In this document: in pieces, positions 18,691-28,002 of the stretch
Layout of the letters: each line of letters starts with the position of its first letter
Numbering within the stretch: position 1 is the first letter of the stretch
NCBI GenBank assembly: GCA_964014945.1
Contig: CAXHCC010000002.1
Span: forward strand, 1 to 40,226
Direction: 5' to 3'
DNA length: 40,226 nt
From: an uncultured bacterium
Lineage (GTDB): Bacteria > Bacteroidota > Bacteroidia > 2-12-FULL-35-15
The notes under the pieces: model-generated
What the model was told of the DNA's origin: nothing
Seen by the model: only the letters and a program-made list of their open reading frames with translations
Database searches by the model: none
Translations under genes and position numbers: made by a program

Positions 18691-19374
18691 ATGCAAAACT
18701 TGATTGGACAACTGCAAATTCAGGTAAACGAAAAGGTGTACTTAAAAGACCCCAACTCCAGTGAACTGGGTAAAAAAATTGTGGGTGAAGGGCTGTTGAT
18801 GATAGATGAAAAGGGTATTGAATGTTTTACGTTTGGCAAGTTGGCCAAAAAGCTAAACACCACAGAAAGCTCAATTTATAGATACTTTGAGAATAAGCAC
18901 AAGTTATTGATTTATCTTACCTCATGGTATTGGGGCTGGATAGAATACCAGCTGGTTTTTTCAATTACCAATATTGCATCTCCTGTTGATAGGTTACGCA
19001 CCGCTATTCAAGTAATTGCTAGAGACATTTCCATAAGCGCTGGAAACGGTCATATTGATTTAAAGGCATTGAACCGTATTGTTATTTCTGAATCGTCGAA
19101 AGCCTATTTAACTAAGGAAGTAGACAATGCTAACAAAGAAGGGTTTTATGCGGGCTATAAAAGAGTAGTAGGCCGCATTAGCGATATTGTATTGGAAATA
19201 AACCCAAAATTTAAGTATTCCCATACCATCATTTCTACCATTTTTGAAGGTGTACATCACCAAAAATATTTTGCTGATCATTTACCACGTTTAACGGATA
19301 TCAAAGGAGATGCGGAAGAGCTGGCGAGCTTTTATTTTGATATGGTATTAGCCAGCATACAAGCAAAAAAATAA
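18691..19374 (+). CDS. TetR/AcrR family transcriptional regulator
   Basis: N-terminal HTH (FTFGKLAKKLNTTESSIYRYFENKHKLL). I prefer the ATG at 18691 to the TTG at 18679 used by the ORF track. Confidence 0.75.
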   Translation: MQNLIGQLQIQVNEKVYLKDPNSSELGKKIVGEGLLMIDEKGIECFTFGKLAKKLNTTESSIYRYFENKHKLLIYLTSWYWGWIEYQLVFSITNIASPVDRLRTAIQVIARDISISAGNGHIDLKALNRIVISESSKAYLTKEVDNANKEGFYAGYKRVVGRISDIVLEINPKFKYSHTIISTIFEGVHHQKYFADHLPRLTDIKGDAEELASFYFDMVLASIQAKK

Positions 19375-19378
19375 CTGA

Positions 19379-21103
19379 ATGAGTGAAACCACCAACATAT
19401 CACCTCTTAAACGATTTTTTAGCCTAATAAATGTAGATCGACAGGAAATCATTAGCATTTATATATATGCCATGTTCAATGGTATATTGTCCTTAACATT
19501 ACCCTTAGGTATTCAAGCCATTATTAACCTTATTAGTGGTGGACAGGTTTCTACGTCTTGGATAATATTGGTATTGTTTGTAATTGCAGGGGTTGGCCTA
19601 ACCGGCATCATGCAAATTATGCAGTTATCTATATCCGAAAACTTGCAGCAAAAAATATTTACTCGATCGGCATTTGAATTTGCCTACCGTATTCCTCGTT
19701 TAAAATTAGAGTCGGTTGATAAGTACCATATTCCTGAATTAGTCAATCGTTTTTTTGATACGCTTTCTGTGCAAAAAGGCTTGTCCAAAATTTTAATGGA
19801 CTTTTCAAGTGCCTCCTTACAAATTGTATTTGGGCTCATATTGCTTTCACTCTACCACCCCTTCTTCATCATATTTAGTATGCTATTAATTGTAGTAGCC
19901 TATTTTATTTTTCGTTTAACGGCTCCTTATGGTTTAAAAACCAGTTTGGCCGAATCAAAACGTAAATACGAAGTTGCCCATTGGTTAGAAGAGCTTGGAA
20001 GAACCATGGAAACATTTAAACTGGCTGGGAAATCACCCTTACCGATGGACAAAACCGACGAGGTAGTGCAAGACTACCTAGGCTCTCGAAAAGCACATTT
20101 TAAGTCTTTACTGATACAGTACATAAACCTTATTGGATTTAAAGTAGTTATTGCAGCGGGCTTATTAGTTATTGGTGGTTTATTAGTAATAAACCAGCAA
20201 ATGAATATTGGACAATTTGTAGCTTCCGAAATTATCATCATCCTTGTGCTTTCGTCGGTTGAAAAACTAATATTAAGCATGGAAACCATTTACGATGTAC
20301 TCACCGCCATCGAAAAAATTGGCACCGTAACTGATATTCCTTTAGAACGAGATACTGGTTCTAAATCTTCTTCTTTAGAGAAAAGCGAAGGTGTTACAAT
20401 TCACCTCAACAATGTGTCCTACCGTTTTAAAGATAGTAGTAATAACGCGTTAACCAACATCAATTTAAAACTAGCGTCGGGCGAAAAAGTATGTCTATCC
20501 GGCTTTGGTGGTGCAGGGAAATCATTGCTCCTTCAAATAGTTGCAGGTTTATACCAAGACTTTACAGGTTCTGTATTATACAACAGTATTCCTTTGGGCA
20601 ACTGGTGTATCGAGGATTTGCGCTCTGCAATTGGTGATAGTCTTTCGCGTGAAGATATATTTAGAGGCACCTTGTTCGAAAACATCGCCCTTAATAAACC
20701 CAATGTTACTATAGAAGATGTACATAAATCGGCAAGTGTTTTAGGGTTGGATTCCTACGTAGAATCGTTACCTGAGGGTTATAACACCATGATGATGCCT
20801 GAAGGAAAAAGTTTACCCAAAAGCATTCGTTTAAAAATTATGCTGGCCAGATGCATTAGTGGTAAACCCCAATTATTGCTGTTAGGTGATAACTTTAACC
20901 AATTAAACTATTCGGATAAACAACGATTATTAGATCATATAATAACAGAGAAATGTACGGTAATAGCTGTTTCAAACAATCCAGCTGTTGCTAGCCGATT
21001 TAATAAAGTGGCGGTACTGGATGAAGGTAAGTTAATAGCTTGTGATACATTTAATGAAATTCAAAACAAGGAGTGGTACAACTCATTATATATAAGCCAA
21101 TAA
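19379..21103 (+). CDS. ABC exporter (fused TMD-NBD) with a degenerate nucleotide-binding domain
   Basis: Six-helix exporter-type TMD and Walker A GFGGAGKS. The signature, Walker B and H-loop positions are non-canonical; see findings. Confidence 0.8.
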   Translation: MSETTNISPLKRFFSLINVDRQEIISIYIYAMFNGILSLTLPLGIQAIINLISGGQVSTSWIILVLFVIAGVGLTGIMQIMQLSISENLQQKIFTRSAFEFAYRIPRLKLESVDKYHIPELVNRFFDTLSVQKGLSKILMDFSSASLQIVFGLILLSLYHPFFIIFSMLLIVVAYFIFRLTAPYGLKTSLAESKRKYEVAHWLEELGRTMETFKLAGKSPLPMDKTDEVVQDYLGSRKAHFKSLLIQYINLIGFKVVIAAGLLVIGGLLVINQQMNIGQFVASEIIIILVLSSVEKLILSMETIYDVLTAIEKIGTVTDIPLERDTGSKSSSLEKSEGVTIHLNNVSYRFKDSSNNALTNINLKLASGEKVCLSGFGGAGKSLLLQIVAGLYQDFTGSVLYNSIPLGNWCIEDLRSAIGDSLSREDIFRGTLFENIALNKPNVTIEDVHKSASVLGLDSYVESLPEGYNTMMMPEGKSLPKSIRLKIMLARCISGKPQLLLLGDNFNQLNYSDKQRLLDHIITEKCTVIAVSNNPAVASRFNKVAVLDEGKLIACDTFNEIQNKEWYNSLYISQ

Positions 21104-21106
21104 CGC

Positions 21107-22471
21107 ATGTTAAACATTAGCGAAAATAGTATTAAAGCGAAAGTAGATACCAGCAAGTATCGCTCCTTTTCTATGCTTAGAGGGTACCAGTCGGCCAAAA
21201 TATTATCTAAGCTGCTCATTATTTCATTTCTCCTTTTTGTCGTAGTATTGTTTCTTCCGTGGACGCAAAACATACGTTCACGAGGCTATCTTACTACTTT
21301 GCAACCCAACCAACGCCCACAAACCATTAATTCAGTTATTGCCGGTCGTATTGAAAAGTGGTTTGTAACAGAAGGTGATTTTGTAAGCAGAGGTGACACC
21401 ATTCTTTTTCTTTCCGAAATCAAAGATGATTACTTTGATCCGCTTTTATTAACCCGCAAAGAAGAACAAATAAAATCGAAAGAACTAGCGGTAAAGTCGT
21501 ACATGGAAAAGGTGAAGGCGTTGGATAACCAGGTGGATGCATTGTTAAAAACAAAACAACTTAAAGTAGAGCAAGCCATTAACTATGTAACACAAGCCAA
21601 ATTAAAAATTCAATCGGATAGCATTAATTACGAAGCCGCAATTACCAACCTGCAAATTGCCAACCGACAATTAAAACGGATGGAAGAATTATATAAGCAA
21701 GGCTTAAAATCGTTAACCGAATTAGAAACACGTAAGCTACGTGTACAAACAACACAAGCCAAAAAAATTAGTGCGCAAAACAAATTATTGAGTAGCAAAA
21801 ACAGCCTTATCAATGCGCAAGTAGAATTAAACTCTATTGAAAATCAATACCAAGACAAGCTTTCTAAAGCTGAATCAGAAAAGTTTACCGCCTTGTCAAG
21901 CATGTATGATGCAGAAGCAACGGTAACAAAAATGCAGAGTCAGTACATGAATTATTCTGTACGTTCAGGCTTTTATTTTATCACCGCTCAACAAGATGGG
22001 TACATTACAAAAGCAATACGATCAGGTATTGGTGAAACAGTAAAAGCGGGTGAGGAACTGGTTAGTATAATGCCAGCACATTATGACCTTGCCGTTGCCA
22101 TGTATATTGAACCTATGGATTTACCATTAATAAGCAAAGGACAAACCATTCGTTTTATGTTTGATGGTTGGCCAACGGTTGTGTTTTCTGGATGGCCCGA
22201 ACTATCGTATGGTACTTTTGGAGGAGAGGTAGCTGCTATTGACAACTTTATTAGTGACAATGGTAAATACCGCATTCTAGTTGCACCCGACCCAGATGAT
22301 AAAGAATGGCCAACAGGTTTAAAAGTAGGCTCTGGAGCCGATGGCATGGCCATTTTAAAAGATGTGCCTATATGGTATGAGTTATGGCGTAGGTTTAATG
22401 GTTTCCCTCCTGACTATTACCTAACAAAAGATACCAACTATTCTAATGCGGACCTAAACAAAAGTGAATAG
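21107..22471 (+). CDS. HlyD-family membrane fusion (periplasmic adaptor) protein
   Basis: N-terminal TM anchor, a long coiled-coil section, then a barrel-like C-terminal part. It lies between the ABC and TolC genes. Confidence 0.8.
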   Translation: MLNISENSIKAKVDTSKYRSFSMLRGYQSAKILSKLLIISFLLFVVVLFLPWTQNIRSRGYLTTLQPNQRPQTINSVIAGRIEKWFVTEGDFVSRGDTILFLSEIKDDYFDPLLLTRKEEQIKSKELAVKSYMEKVKALDNQVDALLKTKQLKVEQAINYVTQAKLKIQSDSINYEAAITNLQIANRQLKRMEELYKQGLKSLTELETRKLRVQTTQAKKISAQNKLLSSKNSLINAQVELNSIENQYQDKLSKAESEKFTALSSMYDAEATVTKMQSQYMNYSVRSGFYFITAQQDGYITKAIRSGIGETVKAGEELVSIMPAHYDLAVAMYIEPMDLPLISKGQTIRFMFDGWPTVVFSGWPELSYGTFGGEVAAIDNFISDNGKYRILVAPDPDDKEWPTGLKVGSGADGMAILKDVPIWYELWRRFNGFPPDYYLTKDTNYSNADLNKSE

Positions 22472-23870
22472 AATAATATGCATATTAGTCCTGATTTACT
22501 TTGTCCCGGTCAATATAAAGGCACAAACAAGGCCTCAAATATTTACTCAGGATAAGTTAATTTGGTTGTTGGATAAATATCACCCAATAGCCACACAGGG
22601 TAATTTATTGCTTAAAAAAGGTGAAAGTACCGTTCGCAAATCACGTGGTGGGTTTGACCCCTATTTAAATTCTACCCTGAGCCAAAAACAATTTGATTCT
22701 AAAAATTATTACAGCCTATTTAACGCTGCACTTAAGGTACCTACTTGGTATGGTGTGGAGCTTAAATCAGGTTTTGACCAAAACGGCGGTGACTTTTTAA
22801 ACGCTGAAAACAGTGTGCCATCAGGAGGCCTATGGTATGCGGGCATATCAGTACCATTAGCACAAGGCTTGTTTTTTGACAAACGCAGAGCAACCCTTAA
22901 GCAAGCAAAAAATTTTGCCAAGGCAACCAAAGCAGAACAACAACAATTAATGAATAACCTTTATTATGATGCATTAAAAGCGTATTGGAAATGGGTGCAA
23001 GTTTGGAATGAATATCAAGTTTATGAGGAAGCAGTTAGCTTAGCACAAACAAGATTTGAAGCTGTAAAAAAAAGTTATGCCTTTGGCGATAAGCCAGCTA
23101 TAGACACTCTGGAAGCTTTTATTCAAGTGCAAAACAGACAAGTTAATCGTAACAACTATTATTTAAAATATAAAAACAACACCTTGGCGCTTGCCAATTT
23201 TTTGTGGTATGAAAACAACACACCTTTAGAAATTACCGATAGCCTTCGGCCACCTTTATTTACTGAAATAAACCTGAATGAATACATACCTTCCGACTCG
23301 GTTAGCATGTGGTTAGACCAATTGGAAATAGCACACCCTAATATGCAGCTATATAAATACTCCATAGCCAATTTAACCCTCGAAAAAAAGCTAAAAGTGG
23401 AAGGTTTAAAACCAAAAATAAATGTACAATACAATGCCTTAACAGAACCTGTTAATAATAATGTATTTGCCAACCTATCCACCGAAAACTATAAATGGGG
23501 GCTTGCATTTAGTATGCCTATATTGTTACGCGAACAACGCGGTGATTTGCAACTGACAAAACTAAAAATTCAAGACACGCAACTAGATCAGCAGCAACAA
23601 TTATTATCGTTAAAAAACAAGGTTAAAGCTTATTACAATGAACAACAAACCTTACAGCAACAGGTAGTAGTTTATTCAGATGTGGTTAATAATTACGACG
23701 ACTTACTGAAAGGCGAACGCACCAAATTTAGTGCAGGAGAAAGCTCCTTATTTTTGGTGAATTCGCGCGAAATAAATTTCATCAAAGCACAGTTATCCTT
23801 GGTTAAGTATACTGCTGATTTTAATGTTGCACACACCGCATTATTGTGGGCATCAGGTAAACTATATTAA
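22464..23870 (+). CDS. TolC-family outer-membrane efflux protein
   Basis: Signal peptide and a two-repeat helical/barrel pattern over 468 aa. The GTG start overlaps the HlyD stop by 8 nt. Confidence 0.75.
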   Translation: MNRIICILVLIYFVPVNIKAQTRPQIFTQDKLIWLLDKYHPIATQGNLLLKKGESTVRKSRGGFDPYLNSTLSQKQFDSKNYYSLFNAALKVPTWYGVELKSGFDQNGGDFLNAENSVPSGGLWYAGISVPLAQGLFFDKRRATLKQAKNFAKATKAEQQQLMNNLYYDALKAYWKWVQVWNEYQVYEEAVSLAQTRFEAVKKSYAFGDKPAIDTLEAFIQVQNRQVNRNNYYLKYKNNTLALANFLWYENNTPLEITDSLRPPLFTEINLNEYIPSDSVSMWLDQLEIAHPNMQLYKYSIANLTLEKKLKVEGLKPKINVQYNALTEPVNNNVFANLSTENYKWGLAFSMPILLREQRGDLQLTKLKIQDTQLDQQQQLLSLKNKVKAYYNEQQTLQQQVVVYSDVVNNYDDLLKGERTKFSAGESSLFLVNSREINFIKAQLSLVKYTADFNVAHTALLWASGKLY

Positions 23871-23899
23871 ACAGATATCTACGCTACGCGCAACCCAAT

Positions 23900-24220
23900 T
23901 TATGCGTATTCTTTCAGCGAATCAAATCCGTTAACAATAAAACTAGTATAGTTAGCCGTTGATGCTAAACGATGACCTTTTGCCTCTTGATTTTTTGTGC
24001 TATACTCCCAAGCTGTTGCTTGATGGATACTTGGAAATTTAATGCCTACACACATTGATTTCTTTTTCCCTTTTCTAAAAACAGCCTTATCGTCGGCAAA
24101 AATAACCTCACCACCAAAATTGGCAATGTTTGAATAAATGGCCTCCTTGTATTCTTTAGCGTATTTAGAAAACCGAATGGGATCAATTACATCGTATATA
24201 AAAATCGAATAAACTGGCAT
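23900..24220 (-). CDS. DUF1330 domain protein
   Basis: 106-aa ORF with the FGGE...IKFPS...A..W pattern characteristic of DUF1330 (assigned from memory). Confidence 0.6.
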   Translation of the reverse strand: MPVYSIFIYDVIDPIRFSKYAKEYKEAIYSNIANFGGEVIFADDKAVFRKGKKKSMCVGIKFPSIHQATAWEYSTKNQEAKGHRLASTANYTSFIVNGFDSLKEYA

Positions 24221-24529
24221 ACCTATCTATAGTGAATAATTAAACCTTATAAGATGATTGATGATTACACAGAAACAACGTAGGAATGAAACAGCATGCG
24301 CACAGCTACTAGGCCAGCAGCAAAACAAACCATTTTTAAGAATAACAGCATTAAATCTTTTACTCGGATATCCATTTACTTTATCGCTTATTACAAGCGT
24401 AAATTTCGTTGGATAATTATGATTTAACGTTAGCCGAGTATTATGTGATTATTAAAAAATTGAAATTGGTGAATGTTTTTTACAGATAACGAGCAGTGCA
24501 AGTTTACGCTGTGTTAATATTCCAGAAAA

Positions 24530-24555
24530 TAAAAGCCCCGCAAATTAGCGGGGCT
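24530..24555 (-). terminator. Duplicated rho-independent terminator (copy 1)
   Basis: 8-bp GC-rich stem AGCCCCGC/GCGGGGCT with loop AAATTA, followed on the minus strand by TTTTATTTT. Confidence 0.7.
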
Positions 24556-24682
24556 TTCAATTAAAACAAACCTTGTGTTAGGATAAATAATTCCTTTTTA
24601 GTTGTGACCGAAATCTCTACTTTTTCCTGGAAAGTAGTTTCTTGATTTACGGATTTGTTTTGGATTCCAGTTCCAAATAACC
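24531..24682. repeat. Direct repeat copy 1 (152 bp, 151/152 identical to 24811-24962)
   Basis: Read directly. The only mismatch is A at 24631 against G at 24911. The offset between copies is exactly 280 bp. Confidence 0.95.
24598..24682 (-). pseudogene. Orphan 3' fragment of narI (last 27 codons plus stop) inside repeat copy 1
   Basis: It translates to VIWNWNPKQIRKSRNYFPGKSRDFGHN*, identical to the NarI C-terminus. Upstream the frame hits a stop, and there is no start codon. Confidence 0.85.
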
Positions 24683-24809
24683 CCCACTAAGCGTAGTTTG
24701 CAACTACGCTTCTATATAAATCCTTATTTATCATCCCACCTACACGTAAAATCGTATACCTATATCCTGTTATCAAACATACAATTTAACCCTTTTATGC
24801 CCAGTATAC

Positions 24810-24835
24810 AAAAAGCCCCGCAAATTAGCGGGGCT
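24810..24835 (-). terminator. Rho-independent terminator of the nar operon
   Basis: Same hairpin as copy 1, about 43 nt downstream of the narI stop (24878), followed on the minus strand by TTTTT. Confidence 0.75.
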
Positions 24836-24962
24836 TTCAATTAAAACAAACCTTGTGTTAGGATAAATAATTCCTTTTTAGTTGTGACCGAAATCTCTAC
24901 TTTTTCCTGGGAAGTAGTTTCTTGATTTACGGATTTGTTTTGGATTCCAGTTCCAAATAACC
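24811..24962. repeat. Direct repeat copy 2, comprising the authentic narI 3' end plus terminator
   Basis: See copy 1. Confidence 0.95.
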
Positions 24963-25627
24963 AATTGGTATCTTCTCCAAACATAATCAATTGGAGCAAC
25001 CAAAAAGTGTACGTATCTGGTAAACGGAATAATACCAATAATTAAGAAGGCTGATGCTACGTGCATTTTTACCATGAACAAAGCCGTGGCGTTACTTGTA
25101 GATAATTGTGCTATTAAATCTACATTAGGACTTAAAGCAAACACAGAGTATAAGTAAGGTGCCATTGCAGAAGCAAACCAGCTAGATCCCCATCTACCAA
25201 AATAAGCGATACCAATACCTGAAACAATTTGCATTAACAATGTTGCATATACAACATAATCCATTTTGTTAGATACAACCGAAATTCTTTTTGTGGTAAG
25301 TCGTCTGTAGATTAATGAAAACAAACCTACCAATGCAGAAATGGCAAAACCAAAAGCCGAAAATTCTAAGATTAATAATCTCACTGGTGAGCCATTCCAA
25401 GCCATAACACCACTTGGTACTAAAAAGCCAATTAGGTGTCCTAAAAACAACATAATCATGCCCCAGTGAAAAAACTGACTGCCAAAATAAAGTTTCTTCC
25501 CTTCTAAAAACTGAGAAGATAAAGATGATACTTGATACCCTTTATGTAAGTACCTGTAAATAGATCCGATTAAGAATACCGCAATTGCCACATAAGGGAA
25601 CGCTCCGAATAGTAAATAGTCTAACAT
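24878..25627 (-). CDS. narI: Respiratory nitrate reductase gamma subunit (di-haem b membrane anchor)
   Basis: About 5 TM helices and the N-terminal FGAFPYVAIAVFLIGSIYRY pattern with conserved His residues. It is the last gene of the narGHJI order. Confidence 0.9.
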   Translation of the reverse strand: MLDYLLFGAFPYVAIAVFLIGSIYRYLHKGYQVSSLSSQFLEGKKLYFGSQFFHWGMIMLFLGHLIGFLVPSGVMAWNGSPVRLLILEFSAFGFAISALVGLFSLIYRRLTTKRISVVSNKMDYVVYATLLMQIVSGIGIAYFGRWGSSWFASAMAPYLYSVFALSPNVDLIAQLSTSNATALFMVKMHVASAFLIIGIIPFTRYVHFLVAPIDYVWRRYQLVIWNWNPKQIRKSRNYFPGKSRDFGHN

Positions 25628-25658
25628 AATATTTTGTTTTAATTAATTATTTAATTTT

Positions 25659-26393
25659 TTATTTCGCCGCAGCCATCGACTGCTCTTTAATTTCATTTGG
25701 TGTAGGTATTGGTGTTGCACAATCCCCGCAATCCGATGCATTATCTCTAGCATTCAAAAATGTTCTTTGCTGGGCTGTTACCACATCTACTTTTTTCTTA
25801 AAATCAATGTGTTTAAAGTCTTCTTTTAACACCATAAACAACATACTCAAGGCATTTTTATAAATGTTACCATTCTTAATGCCCTTCATTATTATTACTT
25901 TTTGCTTTTTGTTCAGCACATTTTCTCTGATTCGCGTTTTGCGCTCATCAAATTCTGACAACATTTTCTCAATAGCCGGTAACATTATCATGGATACCAT
26001 TTCATCTAAAAACTGCTGGTCTTTATGAATGGCTATTAAGCGCAAAATATTTGGCAGGTTATCCGCAAGCTCTATTCCACAATCAATACCAGCCTTACGC
26101 TGTTCTTCTTTCATGTTTACTAAAAACTCACCTCTTTTATAATCTTCGCCAAATATTACATAGCCCAAATCCAAAAAGCAAATGGCTTGTATGTGAAAGG
26201 TTTTACCAAAAATTTCTTCAATTTCATCTTTGGTAGAATTAGCCATAAAGTCCGAAAATCGTGTAAACTCTTCTCCTGCTTCAGGATACTTTTCATCCAA
26301 TAGTACTTTTATTTCAGCAATTTTATTTGCCGTTTCAGCACTTGGATATTTAAATATCTCCGCTAACAGATTATAGTGTTCTAAGTTTTTCAT
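25659..26393 (-). CDS. narJ: Nitrate reductase molybdenum-cofactor assembly chaperone (NarJ/TorD-like)
   Basis: It lies between narH and narI. It is an acidic helical protein with the ELADNLPNILR motif, which resembles the NarJ E-L-P-D-x-L-P block. Confidence 0.7.
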   Translation of the reverse strand: MKNLEHYNLLAEIFKYPSAETANKIAEIKVLLDEKYPEAGEEFTRFSDFMANSTKDEIEEIFGKTFHIQAICFLDLGYVIFGEDYKRGEFLVNMKEEQRKAGIDCGIELADNLPNILRLIAIHKDQQFLDEMVSMIMLPAIEKMLSEFDERKTRIRENVLNKKQKVIIMKGIKNGNIYKNALSMLFMVLKEDFKHIDFKKKVDVVTAQQRTFLNARDNASDCGDCATPIPTPNEIKEQSMAAAK

Positions 26394-26471
26394 TTTTTAT
26401 TTTTTATCTCCCCTGCTGAACTTTTACGCCCATAAGGAGGGTGGTTGATAAACTATTTCTTTCTTCTTTAA

Positions 26472-27968
26472 TTACAAGCCACGTTCAGGTTTAGCTTTAA
26501 ATCCAAATCCTGTACTGCCTTTAAAGTCGCCTGTATTCTCCAACATTTCTATCGACTCTTCTCTATGCGCTGCTGGTACAACAAAACGTTCTTCGTAAGT
26601 TACCAGAGAAGTTAATCTATAGATAGCGTTTGCTTCATGCTCATCCATATTGGCTTCTCCCATACAAGTTGTTAGTTGTTGTTCAGAAACATCGCCTACA
26701 GTTGTATTTCTTCTAGAAACCCTAACAGCATGTAACTTTTTAAATACATCAACAATTTTTTCTTCATTTCCTGCAGAGAACAATGATGCTAAGTAGCTAA
26801 TTGGCACTCTCAGTTTTTCTATACCTACTAACAGTGTTTCATTCACTGAATCGTAGTTTCCGTCTTCGCCAATAGAAGCCATAGCTGGCAACAATGGTGG
26901 AACGTAGAATAAGTTAGGAACTGTTCTAAACTCAGGGTGTAATGGCAATGCAATACCCCACTCTTTTACAAATTTGTAAACAGGAGATAATTGTGCTGCT
27001 TTGATAGTTGAGTCAGCAATACCATTTTCTTTTGCCGCAGCTATTACTTCAGGATCGTTCGGATCTAAGTAAATACCTAATTGCGCATCTACTAAATCTG
27101 ATTCGTTTTTCGTTGCTGCTACTTGCTCAATTTTATCCGCATCGTACAACATAACTCCCATATATCTAATACGACCAACACAAGAGTGGAAACAAGCTGG
27201 TGGTTGTGCCGACTCTAAACGAGGGTAACACAATACACATTTTTCAGATTTTCCAGTATTCCAGTTGTAGTACGATTTTTTGTAAGGACATGCTGTAACA
27301 CACATTCTCCACGCTCTACATCTTTCTTGGTTCAATAGTACTACACCATCTTCACCTCTTTTGTATAAAGCACCTGAAGGACAAGATCCAACACAAGCAG
27401 GGTTTAAACAGTGGTTACAAATTCTTGGTAAGTAATGAAAGGTCATTCTTTCCAATTGGAACATGGCATCTTGCTCTGCTGCACTTACGTTTTTAAAGTT
27501 TACATCGTTACGTGCATAATCAGGCGTTCCAGATAAATCATCATCCCAGTTAGGCCCTGCTTTAATTTCCATTGGCTCACCAGTAATCATAGAAACGGCT
27601 CTACCAATTGGCTGATCATCACCTTCCGGCGCATCAAACAAATCTTGGTATTTGTATTGCCATGGCTCGTAATAATCATCCAATACAGGCATGTTAGGAT
27701 TGGCAAAGATGTTCTTTAACCCTTTTAACTTACCCGCTCCTTTCAATGAAACGGAGTCGCCATTTCTTTCCCATCCACCTTGGTAGATGTCTTGATCTTC
27801 CCATTTAGTAGGGTAACCTGTTCCTGGTTTTGTTTCTACGTTATTCCACCACATGTAGTCGGCTCCTTTCCTGTCGGTCCATACATTTTTACATGCAATA
27901 GAACAGGTATGGCACCCGATACATTTGTCGAGGTGAAAAACCATTGATATTTGCGATCTTATATTCAT
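26472..27968 (-). CDS. narH: Respiratory nitrate reductase beta subunit (Fe-S)
   Basis: KCIGCHTCSIACKNVW and further Cys clusters (CNHCLNPACVGSCPSGA, RCRAWRMCVTACPYKK, KCVLCYPR), and the WWNNVETKPG block typical of NarH. Confidence 0.95.
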   Translation of the reverse strand: MNIRSQISMVFHLDKCIGCHTCSIACKNVWTDRKGADYMWWNNVETKPGTGYPTKWEDQDIYQGGWERNGDSVSLKGAGKLKGLKNIFANPNMPVLDDYYEPWQYKYQDLFDAPEGDDQPIGRAVSMITGEPMEIKAGPNWDDDLSGTPDYARNDVNFKNVSAAEQDAMFQLERMTFHYLPRICNHCLNPACVGSCPSGALYKRGEDGVVLLNQERCRAWRMCVTACPYKKSYYNWNTGKSEKCVLCYPRLESAQPPACFHSCVGRIRYMGVMLYDADKIEQVAATKNESDLVDAQLGIYLDPNDPEVIAAAKENGIADSTIKAAQLSPVYKFVKEWGIALPLHPEFRTVPNLFYVPPLLPAMASIGEDGNYDSVNETLLVGIEKLRVPISYLASLFSAGNEEKIVDVFKKLHAVRVSRRNTTVGDVSEQQLTTCMGEANMDEHEANAIYRLTSLVTYEERFVVPAAHREESIEMLENTGDFKGSTGFGFKAKPERGL

Positions 27969-28002
27969 AATGCTAGGTATTATAGTTCGATTTTAGTATT
28001 TA

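Noticed and set aside
24531-24962. Whether the 152-bp direct repeats mark an IS element or MITE.
   Set aside because: There are no terminal inverted repeats and no transposase, and the repeats are far longer than target-site duplications. I kept it as a duplication or assembly-scar finding rather than calling a mobile element.
24841-25038. 65-aa minus-strand ORF overlapping the narI 3' end.
   Set aside because: It is in a different frame from the well-supported narI ORF and extends into the terminator. It is an artefact of the ORF caller.
25659-25760. C-terminal tail of the NarJ-like protein containing CGDC (SDCGDCATPIPTP) as a possible extra metal site.
   Set aside because: It is a single short motif. 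I cannot judge conservation without homologues, and NarJ tails are variable.
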